Source: Piedraia hortae CBS 480.64 | Taxonomy: Eukaryota | NCBI GenBank assembly: GCA_010093745.1 | Contig: MU006003.1 | Span: forward strand, 62,001 to 126,000 | Direction of reading: 5' to 3' | Length of the DNA: 64,000 bases | Shown here: in pieces, positions 45,043-56,653 of the stretch | How the letters are laid out: every line of letters begins with the position of its first letter | Numbering within the stretch: position 1 is the stretch's first letter | Position numbers and translations under genes: made by a program | Notes under the pieces: model-generated | The model's database searches: none | Seen by the model: only the letters and a program-made list of their open reading frames with translations | Told to the model about the DNA's origin: nothing

Positions 45043-46124
45043 TCAAGCGGCAGCACCAGAGATGTAGAACCACTTGTCGATGCTGGGATCGATCGGAGCC
45101 GGCGCCTTGTTCTCGCCAGCCGGGATGTTGAGCGAGGACGGATCCACACGGTCCTGGCTGTGAGGGACAGTAACATTGGTTCTAAAGCAGTCAGCAGAGG
45201 TCCACGTCGTTTTGAGGGTCAAATTGACAAGTTGATATCGCCCTTAGGCGTCTTGCCTGTGATGAGCTTCTCCCATGACTCGGCACACTCACGAACAATC
45301 TCCATGGCGTATTTCTTGTTTTTGCACTCGCCTGAAAAGGCAAACTGGTTCTCAGGCTTGCCATCCGGGATCTTGTAGATGCGGAACCATTCGTTGGTGG
45401 CACGAAGGAGACCGGGCAAATGACGTTCGACGTCCTCGATATCATTGAGCTTCGGGGCCAACGGATCATGAACATCAATAACGATAATCTTCCAATCCGT
45501 TTCGCCCTCGTCCAGGAGGGCCATGACGCCAAGAACCTTGACTTGCTTGACCTCGCCTGGCTTGGCAACCAGCTCACCAATCTCGCAAACGTCAAGCGGG
45601 TCATTATCGCCCTTCTGCTTCGTCTCCGGATGGACTACATGCGGATCCTCCCAAGTCTGGGGAAAGGCGCCATAGTTCCAGAGATATCCTTTGTGCGGGA
45701 AGCAGTTGCGTACGAAGCGTAATTTGCCCTTCTTGGTATCCTGCTTGATGGGGTTCAGCGGCTCACCCAAGGCAATTTCCTGCTTGGCGTTGGTCCAACG
45801 CGGGATTTCTACAATCATGTTGAGCACCGTCTGCTGGTCGTTGGCATACAGCGGCACGTCATGAAAAGCGCTGACAGGCTGGCCATCGCGCTCAATGTAT
45901 ATACGGTGCTCAAGCGTGTTGGGAGCACCAACCTTGCGAGCGGTAAACGTGTGACCATGCGAGGGAAGAGACATGTTGCGGGTGTGGGTGGTGGAGATCA
46001 GGGGAGAGTGCAAATGAGAAGAGAGCTGCGTGCCCCGCGCCACGGCCTCGCAAAGCTTTTTGGTGGGGCTCACCACTTCACCCCTGCGTCCTGACGCCAG
46101 AGTGCTGATAACAGAGCGCAGCAT
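45043..46124 (-). CDS. IPP1: Inorganic pyrophosphatase (family I)
   Basis: [43 protein letters not shown]. Intron 45182-45228 gives C-terminus [12 protein letters not shown]. ATGs at 46124 and 45974. Confidence 0.95.
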
Positions 46125-46252
46125 TCACACGTCCTCGGCCCGTCCATTCGCCAAGGTTAGGGATGCTCGAGCTTCTATGTGCCTCAGGCACACATATACA
46201 TTGCATATGATAATGATATCATAACCCCAACGCCACGCAAAAATATTTGAAT

Positions 46253-49200
46253 CTAAATCCTCGGTGGTTCCCCATGGTCGCCGAGCCCTCCAAGTAGTCT
46301 CTCTGGGGGTATGCGCCGAACCGCATTATTGCCCTTGTCCCGTCCCATTGGTGGCATGGGCACGTAGCCTTCTCTTCTTCTTCGTTGTCTCTCAATCATA
46401 ATGCCCACCACGGCAAGTAGGAACATCAACGTCAAGCTGATGGCAAGGGCAATCAGCACCACCAACCCCAAGGATAGATGTCCCTTGACATGGTTTAACC
46501 CCCCAGCTCTATTGGCAACAAAGACCCGAGACATACTACCAGGACTACCATCGGCACGGCTGGTGAGTATAAAAGGTGAGTAGTCGGTGCCGTTGAAGAT
46601 CACCGCAGACGCATTGCCAAAAGAAGGTACGTGGATGTTGCCAGTTAACAGAAGAACGACACCTGGCGGGACCAGAGCGGTATCACGGTGGTCATCCTCT
46701 AGAGGGAGCATCTGTAGCCCGTTAATGGTGGTGCCCGTGCCCAGGCCACCGACCCCGGTCCAGGCGTTGTTGTGATGTCGTACCAGAAAGGCAGATCCGT
46801 TGCTTTTTGCCGTACCTGCGGCCCAGAAGTCATTTCGGGCAGAGCTTGCCGGAATCAAAGCCGACACTGGGCCTGGCAGGTCTGCTGCACCCGGGTACCA
46901 GCTGAAACTCTGTTGCTGTGCATTGTACATGACCACCGTGGTAGTGGTGCCGTTGATGCTCAGATCCCCTGCAATTGCCAATTCATTGTTGGACACCCAC
47001 ACCATGCTAAGGATTGTGCCGGTCAAACCGCGTCCGGGCAATCTCCACTGTAAAGCTTGTGCATCGTAGTAACAGAGGAGCGCGCATGGCAACGCCCCAG
47101 CTGATGCAAAGTCACCGCCAACGTAGACATTGGGCGAGTTTGGCTGCACTGCCACTGCACGCACCACAACATGGTCTCCAGCTAAAGGAGGTGGTTGCGG
47201 GCTCGCAAACCGAGCTTCTATCAGGTCATAGACAACCAATCCTTGGACAGAAGCCCCTTGTACCATGCCTGAAACCCTTCCGCCAGCAAAAAGACGACTA
47301 TGGTAATGGTCCATAGATTCAAAGGTCGCATCATCGTCAAGGCCTTGAACGCCAGTGATCTTTTGGACAGCACCGTGGGTGTTGTTGATGAATATCAGAT
47401 TCTGTATTTGGGAGCCGTCACTAGCCTTTGACGAAAAGCTACCGCCGAGTACTGTGATATTTGCGCCATTATCGCCATAGAACATGCCGTTGTTGACACC
47501 CGGCACCCCGGATACAGAACTCATGTCGCGTTTGCGAGAGGAAGGTTGGCGGGATTTGATCTCGGCACCGATTGAGCTCAATTGTGCGTGTCCGGATCCT
47601 GCTAAAGCGACTGCGCCACTGTATGCGTTTTCCGACTTTAGTTGGCCGGCATACAACGGTTCACGACCAGGCACTTTGGTCGACGAGCAGAGTCGACCAC
47701 GTAGAGACATGTTCGTTCCGAGATTGTTAAGCCAGTTGCGCTTGCTCGGCACCCAGACCGCAAACCCCTCAGCATCGAAGGCTGCGTTCCCGTCAAAGGC
47801 ATTCACAGAAGTAAACTCCCCGTTCACCGTCAAGCACTCTTCGCTTGTTCCACCAGTCAAGTTCAAGAGCAGAGGCACCAATGCACTCACTCTTCCTTGG
47901 ACGCCTGCACCCATGGGCGACCAAGTACGAGATTCCGTATCGTATATGGCTAGACTCGCCAGGCCGTTGGTAGGTTGATCAGCCGTTGAAGAGAAATTTC
48001 CTCCAATGTAGATGATGGATCCATTCGCGTACGCAGCCTGTATACCAGAATTCAGGCCACCTGCAGCGGTTGCACCCATGCCATTGGAGTTTACGCTCAT
48101 GACATTTGCTATCCCATCAGCGCTCAAGTTACCCAGCACAAAGAGGTCAGTGCCAATAGCAACTACTTCTTCGACGAGAGCCCCGAGTGTGAGGTTTGCT
48201 CCGGCTTTGTCAGTAACGGACTGGGTGAAGTTAGTGTCTGGAAGGCTGTTCTGGGGATCGAATTCGTAGAGACCGTTGAGACCAGCAGTGGTCGACATGA
48301 GCTCGAAGCCAACACGCTGAGCAACAACGGTAATAGGGGCACCGTCGGTTTGTGGCATGAGCGTCACAGTTGGCTTGAAACTATCCGAGCCGGCGTCAAC
48401 GTAGCCATAAAAGACCTGATCGTACTTGTCAAAATTGTTTGTTTGAGACACAGTGGTGCTTGATGACTCGCCAGTGGCGCTCAGGTTACAGGTGATGTTG
48501 ACCTCCCCACGAGTTGGACAGGAATCGTCTTGCATGCATCCCGGAGTGTAGACGGTGACCGAGTAATTCCCGGATTGTTTGATATCGGGTGCAAATACTA
48601 CGGACGTGTTGGTTCCGTTTGGCGACGTTTCGGTCAAGAAACCAGACAGATAGTCAGAAGTGGTACCACCGCCGTTGGATGTTCGGTTCCACAAACCGGA
48701 TCCTGGGGTGACGATGGATTTGGAGCCAGAGCTAACGCCATCACAGCGCGGTTCGTTGAAGGCATCGATGGCAAACGAATAGATGTCGTCCTGAAAGATT
48801 TCGATGCCCGACAAACCGGCGCCATCTCCATACCACGCTGTTATTTGCAGACGAAAGCCATTCATGCCCACAGGCGGCTGGAAACGAAAGTCTTGATAGC
48901 TGCTGTTGCCTTGCGGCAGCGGGCATGCGCTTGAGCAAGATTGTTCATTGCCAGCCTCGTCAACGTAGTCGAGTTTGAGGATGCCGCCGCTGTTGAGGTT
49001 TTGGAAGTAGAACTCCTTGGTTCCACGGTTTGGCTGCTGTGTGTTGTACAACCTCAGTTTGGTGGGATTAAAGCCAAAGGAGAAGTTGCCCTGCCACCAG
49101 CCAGGCGAGTTGTCGGCAAGCAGCCACGTGTTTCCAGAGCCGTCGTCGCTTGCCGTTTTGCAGATGATGTTGCTTGGATCGTCGAAACCAGCTGTGGAAC

Positions 49201-49924
49201 TTGAACCCTTGGCGGTGATGTTTCCCGAGCCTAGGTTGACCACCTGGCCATCGCGCTGATGGGGAACTGTCGCATTTCCCAGAGCGTTGAAGTCGCCACC
49301 AAACACAATATGGCCAGCGCTATTTTTTGCAATGCTGTGTACGGGCCCGTTGAAGCCGGCAAAGGGCAGATTTACCCAATTCCCGTCCCAAGATACTGCA
49401 TTGGTCGAATTGCCGGCCAAAAACTGGCCGCCCACATACACTGTGCCCGACGAATCATCGCAATAAAGGGCGTTTACCTTGCCGTTCAAACCATGAATTG
49501 CCGTCACTTGCTCCTTTTCGGGATCCCACAAGGCAATTCCTGCTGAGGGCTGGTCGTCTATGCTGGTAAAGTTGCCTCCAAGAACCACTCCACGTAGTTT
49601 TCCATCCTGCACGAGCGAGCACATAGCTGTGATAGATGCATCGGCCATAACCAACGACTGAAACGCGCCGTTGGGCAGTTGTCTGAGAAGGGACTGGCTT
49701 CCATTTGTGCTAGACGTAGTCTCACCTTGGCCGCTATAAGAGTATAGGGAAAGACCATCAAAGTCCCCACCAATAGCCACGGATCCCAGAGACTTCAGGT
49801 CGAAGTTGGGAGAGGGGATGCTGGACTGAGCGCCAGCAAATACGCTGCCAAATAATGGCGCTGAAAGGATAAACGCGATCAGCTCGGGGCCGAGCGCCAT
49901 GAATAAAGAGAGCGAGAGATGCAT
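46253..49924 (-). CDS. RAX2: Rax2-like cortical polarity membrane protein
   Basis: Signal peptide, many GGxF beta-repeats, YTPGCMQDDSCPTRG, QTNNFDKYDQV, single C-terminal TM helix followed by RRRREGY. Confidence 0.87.
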   Translation of the reverse strand: MHLSLSLFMALGPELIAFILSAPLFGSVFAGAQSSIPSPNFDLKSLGSVAIGGDFDGLSLYSYSGQGETTSSTNGSQSLLRQLPNGAFQSLVMADASITAMCSLVQDGKLRGVVLGGNFTSIDDQPSAGIALWDPEKEQVTAIHGLNGKVNALYCDDSSGTVYVGGQFLAGNSTNAVSWDGNWVNLPFAGFNGPVHSIAKNSAGHIVFGGDFNALGNATVPHQRDGQVVNLGSGNITAKGSSSTAGFDDPSNIICKTASDDGSGNTWLLADNSPGWWQGNFSFGFNPTKLRLYNTQQPNRGTKEFYFQNLNSGGILKLDYVDEAGNEQSCSSACPLPQGNSSYQDFRFQPPVGMNGFRLQITAWYGDGAGLSGIEIFQDDIYSFAIDAFNEPRCDGVSSGSKSIVTPGSGLWNRTSNGGGTTSDYLSGFLTETSPNGTNTSVVFAPDIKQSGNYSVTVYTPGCMQDDSCPTRGEVNITCNLSATGESSSTTVSQTNNFDKYDQVFYGYVDAGSDSFKPTVTLMPQTDGAPITVVAQRVGFELMSTTAGLNGLYEFDPQNSLPDTNFTQSVTDKAGANLTLGALVEEVVAIGTDLFVLGNLSADGIANVMSVNSNGMGATAAGGLNSGIQAAYANGSIIYIGGNFSSTADQPTNGLASLAIYDTESRTWSPMGAGVQGRVSALVPLLLNLTGGTSEECLTVNGEFTSVNAFDGNAAFDAEGFAVWVPSKRNWLNNLGTNMSLRGRLCSSTKVPGREPLYAGQLKSENAYSGAVALAGSGHAQLSSIGAEIKSRQPSSRKRDMSSVSGVPGVNNGMFYGDNGANITVLGGSFSSKASDGSQIQNLIFINNTHGAVQKITGVQGLDDDATFESMDHYHSRLFAGGRVSGMVQGASVQGLVVYDLIEARFASPQPPPLAGDHVVVRAVAVQPNSPNVYVGGDFASAGALPCALLCYYDAQALQWRLPGRGLTGTILSMVWVSNNELAIAGDLSINGTTTTVVMYNAQQQSFSWYPGAADLPGPVSALIPASSARNDFWAAGTAKSNGSAFLVRHHNNAWTGVGGLGTGTTINGLQMLPLEDDHRDTALVPPGVVLLLTGNIHVPSFGNASAVIFNGTDYSPFILTSRADGSPGSMSRVFVANRAGGLNHVKGHLSLGLVVLIALAISLTLMFLLAVVGIMIERQRRRREGYVPMPPMGRDKGNNAVRRIPPERLLGGLGDHGEPPRI

Positions 49925-50718
49925 ATCGGCAGCGCGGTCGTTGGCCTGCCCACAAAGGAGCTATCTAAGGCCCTGACGCGCTGGGCGGGCTGGAGAAGGT
50001 GGATGCCTTGAAAATTAGACCAGTGTCGTTATAATCGGTAGACAAGCCGGAAGCATCCACAACGAGCGACTGCAGCGAGTTTGTTGAGGGGGCGGCAGCA
50101 CCACAGACTGTGACAGAATTGGAATGGACGCAACGTCGGAGTATTTTTGCGGGGCCGTCGTGACAGAAACAACGCTAGTCCGTTTTGGTTGGGAGCCCCA
50201 ATTTCGGGTTGTATGATATGCGCACGAACCGCAGGTTGGAGCGTGGGGGTTGATCTGTTCCTTCCCTGATGTTGTGAAACGTACGCTGCGCCAGACTTTG
50301 CTGCGGGCTTGCTCCGCCCTTGGTCGTGGTGCAGACCATGTTGCACCGCCCATGCGCCCATCAACCACGTTTAGCCCCTCGCAGCTCTGGCCATTAAAGT
50401 CGGTAGCATAGCCACACAAGAACATGTTTAATTAGTAGCATGAGTGCTCTCAAGAGGTGGTGGTTTTTTGAGTTAAGAACCAAACAGTCGAATGGTTATC
50501 AACTTAACCCCCTTATGGCGGATCTCCCATCTAGTGCAGTTCCAAAAGTGGCGTCTTCCAAAAAGTGGGTCCTTTCCAGGCCGCTGCCCACAATGAGATG
50601 GGGTTCACCCGCGAGATGCTTTTTCGCTAAGATGGCCAAGCTAACGAGCCATCTAGCCAGCTTCACCTATCCGTCGAACTGAATCCAGAACGTCGCGACG
50701 ATGCCTGTACAACTTCTA

Positions 50719-53583
50719 TCATGCTACATGGGCAAATGCTCGCTTCCGCTTGGATTTTTCATCATCAATCTCTTCGTCAGCTTCCATCAGATAGCGGCCC
50801 TTCATATTTTCCTTGTCCCTCGCTTCTCTGCACAACATCTCCAAACCCGCCAGATTGAACCCCATCATCTTCTTTTGCTCAGCTTGCCATGCCGTATATG
50901 CCCGCAGCACCTGCTCCAACTGTGGTCGTAGTTGTGTTGACGCAACAATTTGCCGCATGTGCGTCTGCAGCATGAAATATGCTACTCGCCAGCTAAGTTC
51001 TGGCAACATGCGATTCTGCAGAAACATAGTAAGAAAGGTGAAAAGAGTCGGCAACGAGCTGAAAGGGATCACAAGAAGTGCATCTTGGAGCGCGGAGGTG
51101 GGAACCTTACGCAGCGTGTCCAGCACATATTGCTCGGCTGAGATATTGCCCAGTGCAAGGAATATGGGATCACGCTGAGGTTTGCCAGTCTTCCCGTCGT
51201 GAAAATCGCGCATAGCCTGGAGGTCGGCCATGCCCAGTTCCAACGCATCCAGCACGTTTTCACCATGTGTTCGAGTGGCAATGGTCTGCTTAGATGCGAC
51301 GGCAACCTCATCGCGCCGCTGCTCGTCTTCATTTCGGGAATCTCGATCCAGACCCTGCACGAATGCCATATCGTGCATCCTTTCCTCCTCCATCTCGCGC
51401 TCTTCCTGCAGAAAGACCTGGTCGTCGCCAATCTCCCATATCCGTATGCTTTTGTCGTGAGATGCGGTGACCACCACTTCTCCTGTATGCCCGACAGCCA
51501 TTGCCCAAACCTCGGCGTGGTGACCATCGAGCTTCTGAATTTGTTCGAATTTATCCACGTCCCACGATTTCAACGTTCCGTCTTTTGAAATTGAAAACAC
51601 AATGTGCTTCTCGTCGCTTTCCACCGGATGTGGGATAAAATCGACGGCGAGCACCGTGTCTTGATGTGCAAAGAAGGCCTTGTGGCAGTCGCCAAAGTCT
51701 AAGCCCCAGATGCGCACATTCTTATCCGCCGAACAGGTGGCAATCAATCGACTGTCTGAGCTAATGCTGATGTTAAGGACAGGAAGCTTGTGACCGTATA
51801 AGGGCAAGAAAAGCTTGAGGCTGTCCACGTAAAATATCTGGACTGTGCTGTCCAGGGTTGCCACAGCCAACAATCGTTGATCGGAACTGAAGCAAACGCT
51901 GAGAACCTCATCTGCCAATTTCAGTTTGCGAGTCTTTGTAAGTTTGAGACGCTTCGTGGTGCGTTTTGTGCCCGGGATCTCTTCGTCCACTACGTCGAAC
52001 CGCCAGAATCTTACCCACTTGTCTGCACCACCCGTCACAACGCTTTTACCATCAGGATGTACTGCCATTGACCACACAGTCTGGCTCTCATGAGCCGCCA
52101 ACTTCTCCACTAGAGTACCGGTACTGATGTCGTACAGTTCGAGGTGACCACTTTTCGTGCCAAGAAGCACCATGCGATCGCCAGGCAAGAACGACGAGCA
52201 AAAGGCCTGACCACAGTCTAGTGTTCGGAGACAGGACCGTGTTTTCAGATTCCAGATCTTAAGCTGCCCTAAGGACGCCGAAGCAAGCATACGATCATCT
52301 GACGACAGCGCGAGAGTCCGTACATCTGTTCTGTGACCCGGAAGGTCTACCACCAACGAACGATGGCACACAGGCTCGACAACTTCACCGGCAGCCCTGT
52401 GGGACTTGGTAATGTCATACATCTCCACCAAGTTATTGGTAGTGGCTACCATAAAATGTAGATTCTTGTGTTTGCCGGCTGGTCTGGCCCAACACAGCGA
52501 TCGTACCTTACCACCCGCTTGCACAGACATGATATTGAAAAACATATCATCCACGGTTGGAACGCTGAACTCATCTGGTTCTAGCACTGACGGCTGGCCA
52601 GAATCTGCTACCTTCTTCTTCTTCCGCTGCTTTTTGCGCTGCATGTGTTTCCTCAGTTCGTCCTCTGACCGTATTTGGAACAACTCTATCGTCTTGTCCG
52701 GGCCGTGAACAGCAAGAAAGTTCTGTTTGGGGTGAAAGCAGATTCCGGTAGTCCTGCTAATTATCTTGCGACGCAATGTGCCCAGCTTCATCAACCTTTC
52801 CCCTGATTCTGGCTTGAGGAGGCCCTCCAAATTGATGTTCCACACCCCAAGTTCCCCATTGAGCCCGGCTGTAATGCAGCCGGTCCCGCCGGGAGCCAGT
52901 CCCAGAGCCCAGCATTCGCCATTATTCTGTGCAATATGCGTTTCCATGCAATGAGGGGAGGACAAGTCCCAGAGCTTGATAAAAGCATCTTTTGATGTAG
53001 ATATTAAACAGTTCTCATCCTCCTCCTCCTCCAAGTCTTTGACCGATGACAGGGCTTTGATAAACGATAATCCAGTGATCTGGTCCTTGTGCCCTCTAAG
53101 TTTGAACTCTGCCATTTGACTCGAAAGGTTCCACATGATGATGTTCGTGTCCTTACTGCCGCTTACCAGACGAATTCCTTTGCGGTCGAACTGAAGATGC
53201 GTGACGGCGCTTCTATGCCCATCAAATCGGATATAGACCTCACCCAAAAGCGCATCCCACACTCGTATGCTTCCATCGGCGTATCCAACGGCAAAAAGAA
53301 CGTCGCGCCCCGAGTGCTGCGCCAAGCATGTTACTTCACTCTTGTTATCTGCGTCTTCCCAGCGCGAGATCAGCTCGCCCTTTTTTACGTTCCAACATAA
53401 TACATTCTCGTTGGCCCCGACGTATGCTCGTCCTGCAGAGCTGCCGTCGTCCGTCCATAGGCTATTTGAGGAAGCTGTGCAAACTGTGCCAAATGATCCA
53501 GAAGGCTCATATTTCCTATACACATTTGTTAGTCATACAGTTTTAAGCCCCTTCCTAACTACTTACCTATAAGAACGCACCAT
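50719..53583 (-). CDS. DIP2: U3 snoRNP WD40 protein Dip2/Utp12
   Basis: MVRSYR exon (53583-53567), intron 53516-53566, WD40 repeats, LYGHKLPVL, SADKNVRIWGLDFGDCHK, C-terminal Utp12 domain (GFNLAGL). Confidence 0.93.
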
Positions 53584-53743
53584 GTTTCGTTGAATGATGT
53601 GCTGCTTGACATAAATTTGGGGATGTGACGTGAGTGCGGAACCAGCCCGCTTTGAGTCACGCACACACACAGGTGAAAACTGAGACCACGTAATCGTCTA
53701 AAATGTTCCTCTATCAAAACTAGGCGATCATCTTTCATCAAAC

Positions 53744-54922
53744 TCAGTCATTGTGCTTTCGCCTAAGACTCCCAATCCTCTTCTTGATGCCTTCACGCAA
53801 GCCTCCGCTGCGGCCAGACGCATCTGGTGCTTCATGGGAAGTTTCATGCGATGCAGCATTGGCAAGTTCCATGTCGGCATATTTCCCATCGTCACCCGCA
53901 ATTTTGACCGGGTCCCGTTGATCCAATTTACCACTCTGCTCAGCCTGGTGGTAATCTTTGTTCAAGTGTGCACGATCCTCTATGTCGATGCTGTCTTCAC
54001 CAACGGTGTGAGATTTGAGAGCCCTATCAAGCCCAAAGGCCGGCTCGGACTTGCCCTTGAGATCTTCATCATCGTATGCCTGTAAAGATCATATCAGCAA
54101 GATAGTTTGGCAACACCTTCTCGGCCTCACCTACCTTACCCGGCCATCGCTTGTAGCCAGCATCGTTAGGCCCGCCTTCACGCATCAAGTCAGTGCCTTC
54201 TTCATAGTCGTAAGTGCGCCCGAACTGGTCGGGTACTCCCGGTGGGACGGCAGCAACGCCCTCAAGCGGCCTATGTCCTTCAACCGCATCTCTGATTTTT
54301 TCTGCCGGGGTTGCCTTAAGAGCCTCTTGATTACTCGTCTCAAGTGCGGCGAGCGGACTGGTCTTGGGATCGACGTTCCTGCCCAGTGTCGCGGCGTCGA
54401 AAGGTCCCTCGTGATGATAGGGAATGCCTCCGATGGCGGGGTCCAATCGATCAATGGTGTCTGGGCCCGGAAGCTGAGCCTTGGTCAGGTGAGGTGCGCG
54501 TTGAGCCTTGCGCGAGTCCTTGCGTATGACGTCGAGGGGCTGGACACTCTTGTCTCCGGGATATCGTTCACTAAGCGAGTTACCGCGCTGCGGGATGCCT
54601 GCTGCGGGATTGGTAGCATATGGTGGTGGTGGTAGCCGCTCACCCTGGGGATTTGCGCTTCCACTTGTGAGTTCGCGTTCAAGAACCTGAGGGCCTGGTT
54701 TAACACCATACGACGTTTGCACTGGATCATCGGAAGCCGCAACGGTTTTAGCGGGATCAGACGCCATGGTATTTCCAAAACGGGAGTTCAAGCCAGTTTC
54801 TTCGGCCGGATCTGGTGCTGTAAGAGGGTCAATAAGATAGGCTTGCGCCTGCACACGTTAGCCTCCCCATCGAGAGTTTTCATCGCTGTCCAAACCTGTT
54901 TGGACGAGTGTGGTTTATCCAT
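53744..54922 (-). CDS. Pal1-family cell morphology protein (3 exons)
   Basis: Introns 54849-54895 and 54080-54134; PDTIDRLD..YHHEGPFDA..SN.EALKATP..YKRWPG / DLKGKSEP. Confidence 0.8.
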
Positions 54923-55120
54923 GGTGTACACTCTGTAAATGCAACTTCACGATTGTCAGAGGAGAGGCTGGAAGTTGGTGCGATTTTGACAGGTGCCTGG
55001 CAGCTGCAGTAAGATCACGTCACCGAAGTCGTTTCAGGGCGAGATGACATCATGTCTTGTTTTAAACTTCGTACCTGCCACTTCTACTTAAAATAGGCTT
55101 TGACTGTAGCTTCTCTTGCC

Positions 55121-55906
55121 ATGGGCCTTGTGCCTTATCCCGACTCCGATGATGATGACCGAGGTGCGAAACCGCCACAACTGCCCACTGCTCTCTTGGA
55201 TTTATATTCCTCCACTGTGCGAAATAGCACAAAAGATGACCCAGAAATGCACAATGGCCGCAAAAGGATTGTCGGCCATGTTCCAGGCAACTGGCCAACA
55301 CACGTCTATTTGGAGTGGATGCCGAGCCCAGAGGAAAGGCATGCTCTTACTGACTTAATTCCTGCCAAGCGAGTTTCTGAATGCACACGCGGAAGTTCAT
55401 ACATATACAGTCTGCTGGTGAGTGACCTCAACGTTTCGCTCCCCTTGCACGTCTCCTTGTCGCGCCCGTTAGTGCTCCGCACAGAGCAGAAGTCTGCCTT
55501 TTTAGAGCAAATTGAGAATGGCATCAAGCTAAGTGTCGTCAATTGTTTCGAAGCCACCCCTACAAACCTTTGTTGGCATCCCAATGAGATTGGCTCTCGC
55601 TGGTTTTTGGTGCTTCAATTGAGAACTTCAGATCAGGGAGAGCTTCCAAAACTCTTATCTGTGTGTAACACTGTTGCTGAACGTTTCGGATGCCCACTTC
55701 TTTACCAGAACGGTAAACAGGAACAAGACAATGACAAATTCCATGTCAGCATTGCATGGTCACCAAATGCCAGAGGTGCCTGCACAGCCTCTGATGTTAC
55801 TGATGTCATCACCCGTATATCTTTCTCCGAAGTGAAGGTGCGCATCGGCCAGGAAGTTTCTACCATCCCACTTTCACGATTATCACGGGTTTTGAGGAAG
55901 AAGTAG
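55121..55906 (+). CDS. USB1: U6 snRNA phosphodiesterase Usb1 (2H family)
   Basis: MGLVPYPDSD, HNGRKR..HVPGNWPTHVYLEW, two HxS motifs (LHVSLSR, FHVSIAW). Confidence 0.9.
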   Translation: MGLVPYPDSDDDDRGAKPPQLPTALLDLYSSTVRNSTKDDPEMHNGRKRIVGHVPGNWPTHVYLEWMPSPEERHALTDLIPAKRVSECTRGSSYIYSLLVSDLNVSLPLHVSLSRPLVLRTEQKSAFLEQIENGIKLSVVNCFEATPTNLCWHPNEIGSRWFLVLQLRTSDQGELPKLLSVCNTVAERFGCPLLYQNGKQEQDNDKFHVSIAWSPNARGACTASDVTDVITRISFSEVKVRIGQEVSTIPLSRLSRVLRKK

Positions 55907-56060
55907 TAGCCGGAGTTGACTAAGAAACATCATCATCATACTACCTGTAATTGACCTTATCAAGTCACTACCTACTGGTTAGGTGCGTTGGCTCACTCAA
56001 ACATTCGTTGGTTCGACGAGGCAGTCAGCTTGATTTGCCAGTGTTTGAACATGCAGTCAC

Positions 56061-56653
56061 TCAGGTGCTTTTCCAGTCGTAAACAAGTTTAATCTTGTCT
56101 TCTTTGCCCTTCTTTTTGGTGACAACTCGCCGAACGTGCCTCCTCTCGCCGTTGATTTCAGCGAAACCATAAACGAGGGTTGACTCCCAGTCGTTCGATT
56201 TGCTTTGAGTCCATCCTACGATAACTTCACCATCCAGGCAGTCCTGAGACCATCCTTCTTTGAGGAAGGCGTCGTCCAACTCGGAAACCTTGGCGTAACT
56301 AAAAAGAATTAGTTATTGAACAGTCTTCAGTTTGGTGGGAGGCCGCACCGAGTTTTCCCCTGAACCTTTCCCCAGATGTTATTCTCAGCATCAAGCAGTT
56401 CTCCATTTATGTATCGTTCTTCATGGCTGGTGATGCCGCCCGTAGAAGTTTGGGTTTGATCCAAATGTTCGACACCCTTGTCATCTGTATACTGTTTCAG
56501 TTGAACCGTAATGGTGCTGTAATTTGCTGCCTGTCGAACAAGCATGCCGACATTTTGGAGTTTGAGCGTATTGGTGGACGAATCTGACAACTGCTTGTTC
56601 ATCACAAAAGTGCCATTAAGATTTTTAGTAGTGATGTTCGCAGGGACGGCCAT
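56061..56653 (-). CDS. Conserved fungal small beta-barrel protein (often annotated LCCL/lipocalin-like)
   Basis: MAVPANITTKNLNGTFVMNKQLSD, intron 56299-56348, C-terminal GFAEINGERRHVRRV..KLVYDW. Confidence 0.7.

Noticed and set aside
50015..50682. Short ORFs between RAX2 and DIP2
   Set aside because: No coding signature; likely RAX2 promoter/5' UTR and DIP2 3' UTR.
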